NCBI GenBank assembly: GCA_964016885.1
Contig: OZ024740.1
Coordinates: forward strand, 234,298,001 to 234,362,000
Direction of reading: 5' to 3'
DNA: 64,000 nt
DNA from: Eledone cirrhosa
Taxonomy: Eukaryota
The notes below the pieces were generated by a model. That model was not told the origin of the DNA. It saw only the letters and a list, made by a program, of their open reading frames with translations, and did not search any database. How positions within the stretch are numbered: position 1 is the first letter of the stretch; each line of letters opens with the position of its first letter. Shown one piece after another: positions 40,126 to 54,355 of the stretch. A program made the position numbers and the translations under genes.

Positions 40126-40667
40126 GGCATGTTAACTTATTGTAAGCTACTACAACGCTGATATAAATATAGAATAGTCGAACAAGTTGGGCGTATAAAA
40201 CTTTAGTGATGGAGAAAATGGACAGAGTGACTCTTTCACTTTTACCCTCTCTAGAGGTTTGTCTATTATATAAAGGAATGTTGTTTCTGTGAATGTCCGG
40301 GTTGTATTCAGTAATTATAGAACCAACACCCACGAAGCTTCCTATATATATTCAATACATCATCGGACAAGTATTGATGAAATATGTTTTGATTTACAAA
40401 GTCACAAATATATTTAAATTTAATTGTATATATTTCCGTATCCATATCGAAAAATGTGGCCATTTTGTTTCTAGAGAGAGAGAGGTGAGGATGGGTGAGA
40501 AAAAGGAAAGAGAGATAGAAGAAGAAAGAAGAAAGAAATGGACGGCAGAGAAAGAAAGAAGAGAAGGAAGAGAGAGAGAGTGAAAGAACGAAAGAAAGAA
40601 GAGAAGAGAGAGAGAGAGAGAGAGAGGTGAAACAATATGAGAATGAAAACCTTGAATGGGAAATAGA

Positions 40668-40731
<64 letters not shown>

Positions 40732-41496
40732 CATGTCAAGAAAGAGAGGAAGAGAAAGAAAGAGAGACAAAATTTTAATTGAAATTTAAAAAAAAAAGTG
40801 GAAACCGTGTTACAGGGTGACAGAAGACAGCGTATTTGATTATGAAGTTTACACATACACACACAACGCTAGATTACACATGCACACACTTATACAACGT
40901 AACTCTGTGCGTGTGTGTATTTTGTATTCTAATTAATAGTTTGTTGCAACAACATTATTGAGTGACCTTGTAATATATTTTATACAGACCTGCCAACTCT
41001 CCCCATCCGACGGGGAGACCTCCCACCCACTTTGTGGTGACTGAAAGATGTCTTCTCTTGTGAAAATGGGTATAGTTTTCATTATGTAAAGTCTCCCTAT
41101 TTTGCCTCATTTCTCCCAGTTATGGAGCACTGTTTTTCATGGTACTCTCCGTTTGGGTTTTTAGAGGTTGGCTGGTCTGTTTATAATAGTTTCAATGTTG
41201 GAATAATTGTGGTGTGTAATATCCTTTACACTCCCCACGAAACCCTTTAGATCAGCGGCCAGGAGAAAAAAAACATAGCGATCCAAAGACAGTGAAGAAG
41301 CTTGACAGGCTCGTCTAGTACATCCGTGCATGAATTAGTAGTCGACAGACAGTACATTTAGATCAAAATAGAGATACAGGATTGTTGCAATACGAGAGCA
41401 ACAAACTGAGAAATATTAGCAAAGTCGATGCAATGTTGATTAAGCACACTGTTCTACAGTCCAAGTAGGAGCACGAACCATACGGAATACGAATTG

Positions 41497-41879
41497 CCGA
41501 CCAGCCAACCTCTAAAAACCCATGAAAAAACGTGCCCCCAAACGGGGAGAAATAAGGCAAAATGAGGAGATTTTACATAATTGTTTCTACTTTTGGCACA
41601 AGGCAAGCAATAATCCAGTGCATTACTGGTACTTTATTTTATCGACGCCGTAAGGATGAAAGACAAAGTTAACCTCGGCGGGATTTGAACTCAGAATGGC
41701 AAGAGCCGTAACTCTATGCGTCAAAGCACGGCGTCAGACCCTCTACCGATACTGCCAATCCACCAGGGGAGATTTTACATAATGAAAACTTTACCCATTT
41801 TCAAAAGAGAAGCCATCTCGCACCCACCCCAATGTGGGTGGGAAACCTCCTTGTCTGACAGAGAGAGTTGACAAGTCTG
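41497..41879. mobile_element. hAT-like MITE interrupted by a family B SINE (minus strand, 41582-41767) with 16-bp TSD
   Basis: TSD GGAGATTTTACATAAT at 41566-41581 and 41768-41783. The MITE sequence matches 27007-27182. Confidence 0.8.
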
Positions 41880-41949
41880 GAATTGGTTGAGATCGTGCTT
41901 CTTCCATGACTCACAAAATCAATGTAAAAAATCAATGTAAAAATTAACA

Positions 41950-42699
41950 AACGCTGTCAATATTGTGGTGCTAAGAAATGGGTAGCAGGAACTACAGGTC
42001 TATGCTGCTCAAAAGACAAACTTTACCTCCCTACAATTACAAGAGCCTCCTGAATGCCTGGAGAATCTGCTCTTCCAGGACACCCCAGATACATGACACT
42101 TCAATAGATTCAAAAACACAACTCTGCCTTTCAATTGACATCTTTTAGAGCTGACACACACAATAGGCTATCAATTATGTGGAACTTATAAAATTCAGGA
42201 ACGGCTACCAATTAATGGGTTATCTTCTGCCACTTGTCACAAATTTATTTCAGGGTCAGCAACAATACTTGACAAAATAAACAATATTGATTATCTTGAG
42301 GCCTTGCATTAAACAAGTGATAAAGAAAGCCCTGCTGTACTTCAGTGAACATACAAGCGTTCCTATCTTATTGGCCAAATATTGTGGAATATGTGCCAAC
42401 CAGCAAGGTGACACAACACCGATATTTCCCCGCAACACTTTATTCCTACGTTGCTCACTGATAAAGTGTCAGAGAAAGAGGGGGGGGGGGTAACAGTTGT
42501 GTGTGTGTATACGAGTGTATGTGTGTGTAAGAGAAAAATTGTGGTGATAGGGGAAGATGGGGGAGAATGAAATGCCATTTTGAATTGGTAATTGGCTCTA
42601 ACAGTAGACAAATTCTAAGATGGATCTGACATGCAATAAATAAATAAATAATATATTACTACTTTCATAATATACCCGGGCACTGCCGGGTACTTCTGC

Positions 42700-42702
<3 letters not shown>
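41950..42702 (+). mobile_element. Helitron remnant (Rep N-terminal coding relic + 3' hairpin end)
   Basis: Manual translation gives CQYCGAKKWVAGTTGLCCSKDKL..LQEPPECLENLL..NSAFQLTSF..YKIQ, the N-terminal signature of Helitron RepHel proteins. The 3' hairpin ACCCGGGCACTGCCGGGT is followed by CTAC-T (degenerate CTAG). Confidence 0.75.
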
Positions 42703-42736
<34 letters not shown>

Positions 42737-42771
42737 TATGTGCGTATATATATATATATATATATATATAT

Positions 42772-43650
42772 AAGCCTGACATTATTTATGTAAGCGGACG
42801 GTACTTGATTTAGGAGCCGCAGAAACCCATATACTGGATTTTACCAACCTTCCAGGGGTCCGGGTAAATTTTCAATACCCGAATTACTTGATCGTTTTTT
42901 TTTTGACTATGCGAATGATTGTTTAACCATCGTCTCAGTGTGTTTGGCCTTTAACGTTTGTTATAGCTCTGGTTCATCTGAATCATTGAGCACTTGCCGC
43001 ACATCTCGGAGGTTGCTTTTCGTTATTTCGTGGGCCGAAATGCGAATCTCGATAATTTATGTTTGTATTATTCTCCAGAGTCTAGCTATTGACCAGTTAA
43101 TTTTCTTGATGTTTTAGTTGATTCTATTGACTGATGAATAGCTTATGTTAATTTTAACCCTTCTGTTGAGAACTCTATTCGATTTGTGATGTTTTTGCAT
43201 TCTTGCAAAAATATACACAACTGAATTCATTCGCCTGATATAGGGGTTGCCTCCCTTGCCGATCCCCACGTGGGGTCAGCAATAGTCAGTCCTTGTATTA
43301 ACATTGAACTAAAACCTGTTGAGAAAGTGGCTTCCTTGTTCAATCATCTTACCAGAAGCCTGACATTATTTATGTAAGCGGACGGTACTTGATTTAGGAG
43401 CCGCAGAAACCCATATACTGGATTTGACCAACCTTCCAGGGGTCCGGGTAAATTTTCAATAACCGAATTACTTGATCGTTTTTTTTTTACTATGCGAATG
43501 ATTGTTTAACCATCGTCTCAGTGTGTTTGGCGTTTAACGTTTGTTATAGCTCTGGTTCATCTGAATCATTGAGCACTTGCCGCACATCTCGGAGGTTGTT
43601 TTTCGTTATTTCGTGGGCCGAAATGCGAATCTCGATAATTTATGTTTGTT
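42772..43650 (-). repeat. Partial tandem repeat (period ~585 bp; ~295-bp direct repeats) between (TA)n tracts, probably Penelope-like derived
   Basis: 42772-43066 is nearly identical to 43357-43649. A minus-strand relic NRVLNRRVKINISYSS resembles IFNRHTVKFSFS of the element at 50.7-53.5 kb. Confidence 0.6.
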
Positions 43651-43709
43651 TATATATATATATATATATATATAGATATATGTGTGTGTATATAAATATA
43701 TATGACAGA

Positions 43710-45722
<2,013 letters not shown>

Positions 45723-46090
45723 GTTATATATATATATATATATATACAGTATTTTCCGTAGTGTTGTAATATAAATATTACACACAGTAGATGGACAGCT
45801 CACGTAGAGTTTGCTCGACGGTTCCAGTTGTAGTTCCAAAAGTAATCCGGAGAGTTAGAAAAATATAAAAACAATCTCTTCTCAACATATATATGTATAT
45901 TAATAACCTTAAATTACCACACTAATAATGGAAAGATATGCTGATGAGAATAGGTGCGAATATGCTATAATGAATGTGTCTAAAAGCGACCATATGTATG
46001 TATATATATGTGAAAATATATATAAATAAGTAAATATATATATATGTTTGATGTGTATAGTTAGATGTAAGTGTATTCATGTATTAAAGT

Positions 46091-46179
<89 letters not shown>

Positions 46180-46702
46180 GACTGGAGTATGTATGTATAT
46201 ATGTGTGTGTCTATACGTGTGTATATAAAGATAAGTTGAGTATGAAAATGTATACACATGAATGCGTATGTATGTACATGTATATATGTATATATATGTA
46301 TATATATATGTGTGCATGTGTATATGTATGTAAGTATGAGCATGTAAGTATGTGTATGTGAGTATATGTATTTTGTAGAGGTGTGCATATATGTTTGTGT
46401 GTGAATGCGTGGGCGAAAGGATACGTACACTTGAAAGAAAAATTTAAGTCTGAATGTTAATTAAGTGCAAACACAAAACCAACCATGCATATCTATACTA
46501 TCTCTAATCCTTCTATAGATTTAGAAAAATAACCAATAATATATTCTCTAAAAATGTCAAAACAACAGGTGGGAATCTAATTACTCACTGCCACCAAAAA
46601 TTCTCACTGCTATCAAAAAACCACTCCCTCAACTATTCTTCTAACAACTTCACCCCTCCCTCCTAATATTCTCTATAAAAACCAAACAGGTCCTCAGTAA
46701 AA

Positions 46703-46823
46703 TTATTCTGATGAAATGACAGTTGATAATAACATTGAAATATTGAATGTCTGCATAACTAATACTTTGTAGATAGCAGCTGTTTTCAGGTTATGTAACT
46801 GTTATTGAAACACGTGTCAATAA
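46703..46823 (+). ncRNA. Type I hammerhead ribozyme, intact core, long stem II, palindromic stem III
   Basis: UUAUU-CUGAUGA-AAUGACAGUU..(72 nt)..AACUGUUAUU-GAAA-CACGUG-UC-AAUAA. Cleavage is predicted after GUC at 46818. Confidence 0.85.
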
Positions 46824-46857
46824 ATTCCTTTTAACTAAACTGTATCCATTTAAATCC

Positions 46858-46901
<44 letters not shown>

Positions 46902-47410
46902 GATGAGCAAGAATCGGTAATCCCCTTCACAATTAATTTTTCGAAACAGCATAGCCAAACGCTGTCTGGATGATTGGTAGTTACTACAATTCCGGTTTGT
47001 ATTTATTTTCTTGATTTATTCTTAAATTGAGTCTGGCAAACCCTATTGTCCATAGTTAGTATTCTTTCCACCTTAGCGAATCTGGTCCCTTATGATTTGA
47101 ACACATATATGTATATATCTGTGTTTATCTTTCTTTTATATTCAATTATAATATACGGTTCAGAAAAATCTCTTTCCTAGAGCTATTTTATTGTAAGAGA
47201 CTATTTTGAGTTTCTAACTCAATATATACCTTTGATATATTCGGCTCCGTTAATTTGTTGAGCTATTTCAAATGTCGAGTAAACCTGGCTGCTATTTTTA
47301 GTGGTGTGAGTTTGTGAGACACGCTAAGTTCCGATACTATGTCCGTTATTATATATACGCACACTATTCAGTTTTTTAATATACTTAGAAGTGACCAGGA
47401 TACTAATTCT

Positions 47411-47491
47411 TCACCCACTGATGAGCAACAATTGGTAATCCTCTTCACAATTAATTTTGCGAAACAGCATAGCCAAACGTTGTCTGGGTGA
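47411..47491 (+). ncRNA. Complete type I hammerhead ribozyme
   Basis: Stem I UCACCCA/UGGGUGA, CUGAUGA, stem II GCAA..UUGC, GAAA, stem III CAGC/GUUG with a 10-nt loop, GUC cleavage site (47484). The upstream copy has GCUG, a compatible change. Confidence 0.9.
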
Positions 47492-47666
47492 TTGGTAGTT
47501 ACCACAATTCCGGTTTGTATTTATTTTCTTGATTTATTCTTAAATTGAGACTGGCAAACCCTATTGTCTATAGTTAGTATTCTTTTCACTTTAGTGAATC
47601 TGGTCCCTACGATTTGAACACATATATCTATATATCTGTGTTAGTTTTTCTTTTATATTCAATTAT

Positions 47667-48994
47667 GTGTCAGGTCACTCTTGAGTGCTACTGGTAACAT
47701 GTAAACCAGTACAACCTGTCGCATGGTCGGGTCGTCGACGACTAAACTGGCAAACCCACCATGTTTACTTGGTGAGGAGGGTGATTTTGAACACCCTGCA
47801 GGACAAAAAACAAAACCTGACAATGGGCGGAAGAACTGATAAGAGTCAACGGCCATCCCAAAATGTGTAAATATGTATATACACATGTATATATGTATGT
47901 GTATGTATATACGTGTGTATATGCCTTGGGTGTCAGGGAGGGGCATGTGCCTCTGTAGAGGGGGCGGGCTAGCCATGCCCTTTTCAGGACAGCTCGTCCT
48001 GCATTAGGTCCCACCTGACACTCAGCTCTGACCTGTGGCCCCAAGAAGCTGTAGCATGCGACAGCGGCCACACCCTGGTAAACCGCCTTGGCTAGCGGGC
48101 CGAACCAGGTTGAGGGTAGCCTGACGGGTTTGACCCCCCCCCCCCCCCACCACACCCCCGGTGAGTTAGATAGGGGATGCCTGCCCCTGCATGCGAAGGC
48201 TGGACCCGGCGAAGTGAGTGGAGGAGGACAACATCGTCCCAACGGTAACGAAGGCGGCGACAGCAAGCGGTGTGGAGCGCTAGGACACGGCAAGGCACTA
48301 CAGACGTCGTGGCCATCCACTGCAGCCAAGGAAGTCCCTGGTCGTGACGGTCCTCCGTACCACCAGATTCTGGTTTCTGCGACCGAGTGAGTGGGACCGT
48401 CACTGTGCACTGGCCCTCCCACTATAAACCTTTCCCGCATAGGTTTCTTCTTTAGCGTGCACTCCCAAAGCCCTGCAGCGATGGGCGAGAGGCGGAGGTA
48501 ACAGGTGGAGGTAAACTCTGGGAGTTGCCAGTCTCAAACCCACACGTAGGCGGCCTGGATGCGCAAGTCGTTCTCCTCCTGACCCTGGGATGACAGAGGA
48601 GATCAGGCGTTCCACCGGGCGACTGAGCAGCCCTTTTCAGGGAAGTACTGTTCACCCTCGCACGAGGGGAGGGACGATAAAAGGAGCCCTAACCAAATGC
48701 TCGTCCCACACAAAGCCGGCCAGTCTACCGCGGCTGGTGGTTTTACCCTTCCAAGCGGTCGAAGCACCAAAGACTCTTTTGAAGAGAAGAGACGGGCAGA
48801 ATCACTGAGACCCGTGAAAGGAGGAGAAAGGCATCAACAGCTGCCTCAAGCGACTCCGGTATCTTCCCCTGCCCCCACTGTCCTCGGACCTGCAAGTCAA
48901 GGATCGGCCTCCACAGCCACCTTCGTGCCCACGGCAGACGGGAACTAAAATAAAGAAGATGTCATCATCGTTTACGATGGACAACCAAGACAAG
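47667..48994 (+). mobile_element. Non-autonomous internally deleted RTE-BovB-like element (5' UTR fused to ORF C-terminus and 3' tail) with 12-bp TSD
   Basis: TSD ATATTCAATTAT at 47655-47666 and 48995-49006. GC-rich RTE-type 5' UTR. C-terminal FPCPHCPRTCKSRIGLHSHLRAH at ~48863-48931. Endonuclease and RT are absent. Confidence 0.85.
47928..48117 (+). ncRNA. Candidate HDV-like ribozyme with expanded L3
   Basis: P1 GGGUGU(47928-33)/ACACCC(48070-75), P2 ACCUG/CAGGU, P3 GGC/GCC, P1.1 CC/GG(48077-78), P4 CCGC/GCGG, J4/2 GCCGAA. L3 contains an extra GCUGU/ACAGC hairpin. Confidence 0.45.
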
Positions 48995-49089
48995 ATATTC
49001 AATTATAATATACTGCTCGGAAAAATCTCTTTCCTAGAGCTATTTTATTGTAAGATACTATTTTGAGTTTCTAACTCAATATATACCTT

Positions 49090-49162
<73 letters not shown>

Positions 49163-49166
<4 letters not shown>

Positions 49167-49670
49167 ATACATTAATATATATGATAAACACAAAACGTGT
49201 TTGCATTGCAACAGACAAAGTTAGCTAGCAATGAAATAAATTAATTAAAGTGAATACAATTTGTCTGTCTCGATATAAGTCAATAAAGACAAGCTTATAT
49301 TTCAATTCCATTTCGATTATCTTTATTTTTCAATTCATGTACCATCGTTGCGAAACATATTTGGGTTTCGAAGTTCAAATTCATCTACGGAGCGGGTTTG
49401 GATTTTGAAATTTAAATTTGTCCAGGAATCACGGCTTTTGCCAATATAAGCTTGTCTTTATTGACTTATATTGAGACAGACAAATTGTATTCACTTTAAT
49501 TAGTTTATTTCATTGCTAGCTAACTTTGTCTGTTGCAATACAAACACGTTTTGTGTTTATCATATATATTAATGTATAACATGTATTTAACTGCTCAGAA
49601 ATGCCTCTTTCTTGGAGCTGATTAATTGTAAACGACTGAGAGCTTTATCTCAAAATATAATATAGTATAT
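49163..49670 (+). mobile_element. Element fragment with ~138-bp inverted terminal duplication; related to the 518-bp unit family
   Basis: 49163-49300 is the reverse complement of 49443-49581. The tail ACTGCTCAGAAATGCCTCTTTCTTGGAGCT.. resembles ACTGCTCGGAAAAATCTCTTTCCTAGAGCT at 49012. Confidence 0.65.
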
Positions 49671-49929
49671 ATATATATATGAAAATAGAGAAATTAACGT
49701 GAGCAAGAAGCGAATAGTAATTCATAATATATAAGTGACTATTACGTCAAGATGGAAAATATTTAACGTAAGATATGGGAAAATAATTCAATCTCAATTT
49801 TAAAAAAAGTCAAGACAGAAATTTTATCCACAGATTTTGTGTAATCCAGGGAAAAAACCCAATAGAGTCTTAACTCAGGATAAAATTAAGGGTAAATACT
49901 TATCCTTCAATTTGGAAAAATCTACAAAT

Positions 49930-50010
49930 GCTCTATATAGCCTTAAACAGACTATTTCACGAAACTTTTCAGTGGGGTTAGTCACGGTTGGAGCCGTTCA
50001 TCAGTAGAGC
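49930..50010 (-). ncRNA. Complete type I hammerhead ribozyme
   Basis: Stem I GCUCUA/UAGAGC, CUGAUGA, stem II ACGG..UCGU, GAAA, stem III UAGUCU/AGGCUA, AUA cleavage triplet. It lies in a ~580-bp island (49680-50260) between TA runs. Confidence 0.85.
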
Positions 50011-50496
50011 TCAAACACGATAACCAAATCACTGCTAAAATATGCCAGAAAGGGAATTTAAAAGCAGGCTAGTTACACCTCGTGTGGAATTAAGATAATA
50101 AACACACATGGAGAACAGGGCTAGTGACGTCAGAATGAGACGAATGACTGTTTACAAGAAACAGCAGTCAAAACATTCCGAAAAAAACCTCAACAAAATG
50201 TATGGAGTTCAGCATAAAGCAATATTATCGCCGTTTTTAAAAAAAAAAACCGGGATTATATATATATATATATAATATTATTCAAAATATTAATAAATGA
50301 GAAATATTATCATAACCAAAGTATATATTTTATTATATATATTTCAAAGGTACAATGGTGTTTCAGTACGTTTTCATCAGATAAAATATATAAGAGATTG
50401 GTCATACGACATACCCCTAAGGTCTTCAACCTGTAGTGGTAGTCTACAGGGATTGAAGGTTCAAGATCTTAGGGGTATGTCGTATGACCAATCTCT

Positions 50497-50567
50497 TATA
50501 TATTTTATCTGATGAAAACGTACTGAAACACCATTGTACCTTTGAAATATATATAATAAAATATATA
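50497..50567 (+). ncRNA. Minimal type I hammerhead in PLE 5' pLTR (mirror copy on minus strand at 50322-50392)
   Basis: 12-bp stem I UAUAUAUUUUAU/AUAAAAUAUAUA, CUGAUGA, stem II AAAcGUAC/GUACcUUU, GAAA, palindromic UAUAUA, UA. Confidence 0.8.
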
Positions 50568-50732
50568 CTTTGGTTATGATAATATTTCTAATTTATTAAT
50601 ATTTTGAATAATATTATAGATACTCCAGATAAATTATTGAATTCGTTGAATAAACAACGAACCATATAAACTTTTAGTTATATATATATATATTACACTC
50701 CTCTATAAGTAGAGCGCTTACAGCGATACGCC

Positions 50733-53548
50733 ATGGAAACATTCCATTACTCTTCCTCTTTAAAGGACATCCTGATCCCTTCTGACAACACGTACATGAG
50801 CCTACTGATACACCACACCAACTCCTTCGTTAGACGCATGAGATGGCGCGCATTTCACAACGACAGAAGGACACAGCAACACGCACCCGATAATCCTGAG
50901 GACCACCTAAAACGGATCTTTAGATCAAGACGACACCCACCGCATAACGCACAGCTGGAAGAATTTGAAAGCCGTATCGTCAACATCGTCCGAAACATCA
51001 AATTCCGAAGGAATAATACACGACATATTGATTACCTCCGGAGATTGAGCTCCACAATCAAAAGCATGAAAGAATGCCCGGATTTACTCGTGCCATCGGA
51101 CAAAACTGGTAATGTATACATGCTTGACCGATTTACATACAACGACTGCATCGGGAAAGAGGTTAGGAAAAACTACAGGACCACAGGACAGGACAACTTA
51201 TATAACATTAACGCCACGGCCAAAAAATAATGACTGGGCTAGGAATAGATGATAGGACAGAACAATATGTACCCAGAAAACTACGGATATCCATTAAGGA
51301 TCATAAATTAGACTTTAGAACTAATCTACTTATTAGGCTAATAGCACCCCCCAAATCGGACATAGGTAGGACCAGCAAGAATATCATAGACAGGATACAA
51401 TCGGTACTTAGGAACAAAACTAGGCTTAGCTTATGGACATCCACCAAGGGGGTAATTGACTGGTTCTCGCTAATAGATAGCAAACAGCAGGTAAATTTCA
51501 TTCAATTAGACATAGCGAATTACTACGCGTCAGTATCACCAGTAATCGTGAACAGGGCCCTCATGAGTGCCATGGCCAAGTCCAACCTCACTAGGAAGGA
51601 AGCAAGCCTCATAATAGCAGCGAGAAATACGCTAATTAGCTTCGAAGATAAATTATGGGAGAAGAGGGACAGACCCGGCAGTTTTGACATTACTATGGGG
51701 TCGAGCGACTCTGCGCAGGTGACGGACCTGGTGGGAATCTATCGCCTCCAAAGATTAGCGGAGGAGATTCCAGGGATCGGCGGAGGAATATACAGGGACG
51801 ACGCTCTTTTTATCTTCCGTTCCCTAAACTCCAGCCAGCTGGAGCGTATGAGGAAGCGCATATGCACTTTTTTAAGCAACACGGCTTATCCGTGATGATA
51901 GATCCTAGCACTAAGACGGTGAATTTCCTGGACGTTACCCTGGAAATGAATACGGGCATACACCGACCTTATCACAAGCCCAATGAGAACCTGCAATATG
52001 TGAACAGGCAATCGAAACATCCCAAGTCAGTCATAGAAGCAATAGTTAAAGGGGTATCCAAACACGTATCTACCCTGTCGGCCAACGCAGACGTGTTCAA
52101 CCAGCACGCCGACTATTATAATGAGGCACTGCGCAGGGCCGGTTACACAGAAACCATAGTGTACACCACGAACAGGGACGTGCCTAGCGCCGAGGCATGC
52201 GGATACGATAATAGCAGTTGTACATCCATAGGTAGACGGAACGATCCGGAACTAGCTTCCAGGAACACGAGTAGCAGCATAGATCACCAGACCGACAATA
52301 AGACAGACGAAGACATACACGGGCGCCAGACCACCCAGTACACGTAGACAGAAGCCCGGCACCGCACCACATGCATCGCGGGAACTAGGGACAGGGTAAG
52401 GACAAGTACGGCCGTGGAACCCGGTAGAGGGAACAGCCGGCCCAGTAGCAATGATATAGCCCCGAGAACAGCATTAACGAGACTAACAGTAGAGCCGACA
52501 ATACAAAACGGAATACCTCAGTAAGCGAACGGCGTAACCCCGACGTCCACGGTAGACATATAGATAGCGGCAACATAGGGGACGAAATAATGGGCGGGCA
52601 AAACCCGAGACGGACACCTGACCCAACACACATTCACACTACTACACACACACGAAGGAACAAGACAAGGTCTAAGGCCGTTACATGGTTTAACGCGCCG
52701 TATTCTAAGCATGTATGCAGCAATGTACCAGGCCTCTTCTTCCGAGCGTTGGACGAGTGCTTCCCGCCGTCGAGCAGATACTACAAGATTTTCAACCGCC
52801 ACACGGTGAAGTTCTCCTTCTCCACCGCACCTAACATGGCAGACTACATGGCCAAAACCAACGCGGCGAAGTTGGAAAACCTCAATCGCCAACCGCGGCG
52901 GCCGAATGACCGTCCATCAAAGCCCGGGGGGCCCCCTGCAGACCGGTCTTCCAACTACAACCCGGCCCCTGCGGCGGCCGCCACGGCCGCGGAAGACGGT
53001 ACAATCCAACGCCAGGCGCAAATGAGTGGCGGAGGGGAGACCACCGTGTCGGCAGAACAACACCCAGAGAATCGGGAGAGGGCCGTGGTAGATCAAGGGC
53101 CAGGCGTCCGAAATGAACAATATAACGACAGAACGTGCAACTGCAGAGCGGGCACACAGTGCCCTCTGCAGGGGAGCTGCCTAACGAAGGGCCTGGTATA
53201 TAAATGTGTGGTTAGCACGCACAATATAAAGCGCACCTACATCGGCGCAACATCCACGACCTTTAAATCGCGGATGTATAACCACACAAACTCTTTCAAG
53301 GACAGGAGCAAGAGGCACTCTATTAGGCTGGCGGACCTGCTGTGGGACTTGAAAGACAAATGCACCCCGTATGCCCTCAACTGGAGTATCGTTTGGCACG
53401 CGAATGCATATTCGGCTGGAAATAGAAAGTGTAGGCTATGCCTATCCGAGGCATGGAGATAGTCAGACTGAAGAATGATGGGGTCAACCTGAAATTGGAA
53501 ATAATCATGACGTGCAGACACCAGAGAAGGTGGACACACTCCGCATAG
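50733..53548 (+). pseudogene. PLE polyprotein (RT + GIY-YIG endonuclease), broken by several frameshifts/stops
   Basis: HYSSSLKDILIP..RRMRWRAF, SDKTGNVY, IKDHK..RLIAPPKSDIG, LDIANYY, MGSSDSAQVTDLVG, YRDD, VNFLDVT, VTWFNAPY, CNCR..CPLQGSC, LVY..YIG, CRLCLSE and, in a shifted frame, N..LEIIMTCRH. Breaks occur near 51228, 51870, 52345 and 53455. Confidence 0.92.
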
Positions 53549-54355
53549 AATCCACCGGGCAGCCCAAGCTAAAGGCATGCGGCGGAACGCACGCCGACGA
53601 GAGCGGCGAAACGGGTTCAAGGGATCAGACACCATACCCTGTTGACTATATATGCCCCGTGAGTAAGCCAGAATGCCTACCCGACCCTGCACGTCAACCT
53701 AGGAAAATACATCGCCTGAGCCGGGACAGGTTGACTCGGATTCCATTGATATTCAGTCAAGTGCCTTACACCAATAAGACACTATACGTCAACCACAGTA
53801 ACATACTCCAGTATGGCCGGTCCACGCACCCCCCTGCACGTGTATCTTTTCAGTAGAGAGTGCATACTCTCCACGCATTCAATTTTGTAACACCTAATGT
53901 ATTTTCCGTATACAGACCCACGTGTGTATCTCATACTTCTCTTGTGTACTATCTCATATGCATACACGTTCCTCCTTCTTTTTTATATATATTCTGCACG
54001 CATTTTCTATGTACGGTCTGCGCACACTATTTACTGTAATACCATAAACGCACATTAGGTGGCTTTGCGTGAAGATTCCATACGTGGATTGATCCATGTT
54101 CGCAACATAACAATATCTCTGTAGGCACATATAACAAGGTGCACCCTTTCATGTATAGCCCACTGTGTATCTTTATGTGCCGTTATATGTATATATTTTA
54201 TATATTCTTATACATTTACTCACACATTCTCCAATGAATTTATTACGTTTTCGCATTTTCTCATAATTAGGGTATATATGTTAAATCTTCTCTTAGGTTA
54301 ATCACTACCTTGATTAAATCTTAACCAAGTAACATCTCAGGGTATGTCATGTATC

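Larger units (their letters stand above)
46901..49095 (+). mobile_element. Retrozyme-like 518-bp non-coding tandem unit (about 1.7 copies), second copy interrupted by an RTE insertion
   Basis: 46901-47418 is repeated at 47419-47666 and continues at 49007-49095. A hammerhead sits at the unit junction and both outer ends abut (TA)n. Confidence 0.8.
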
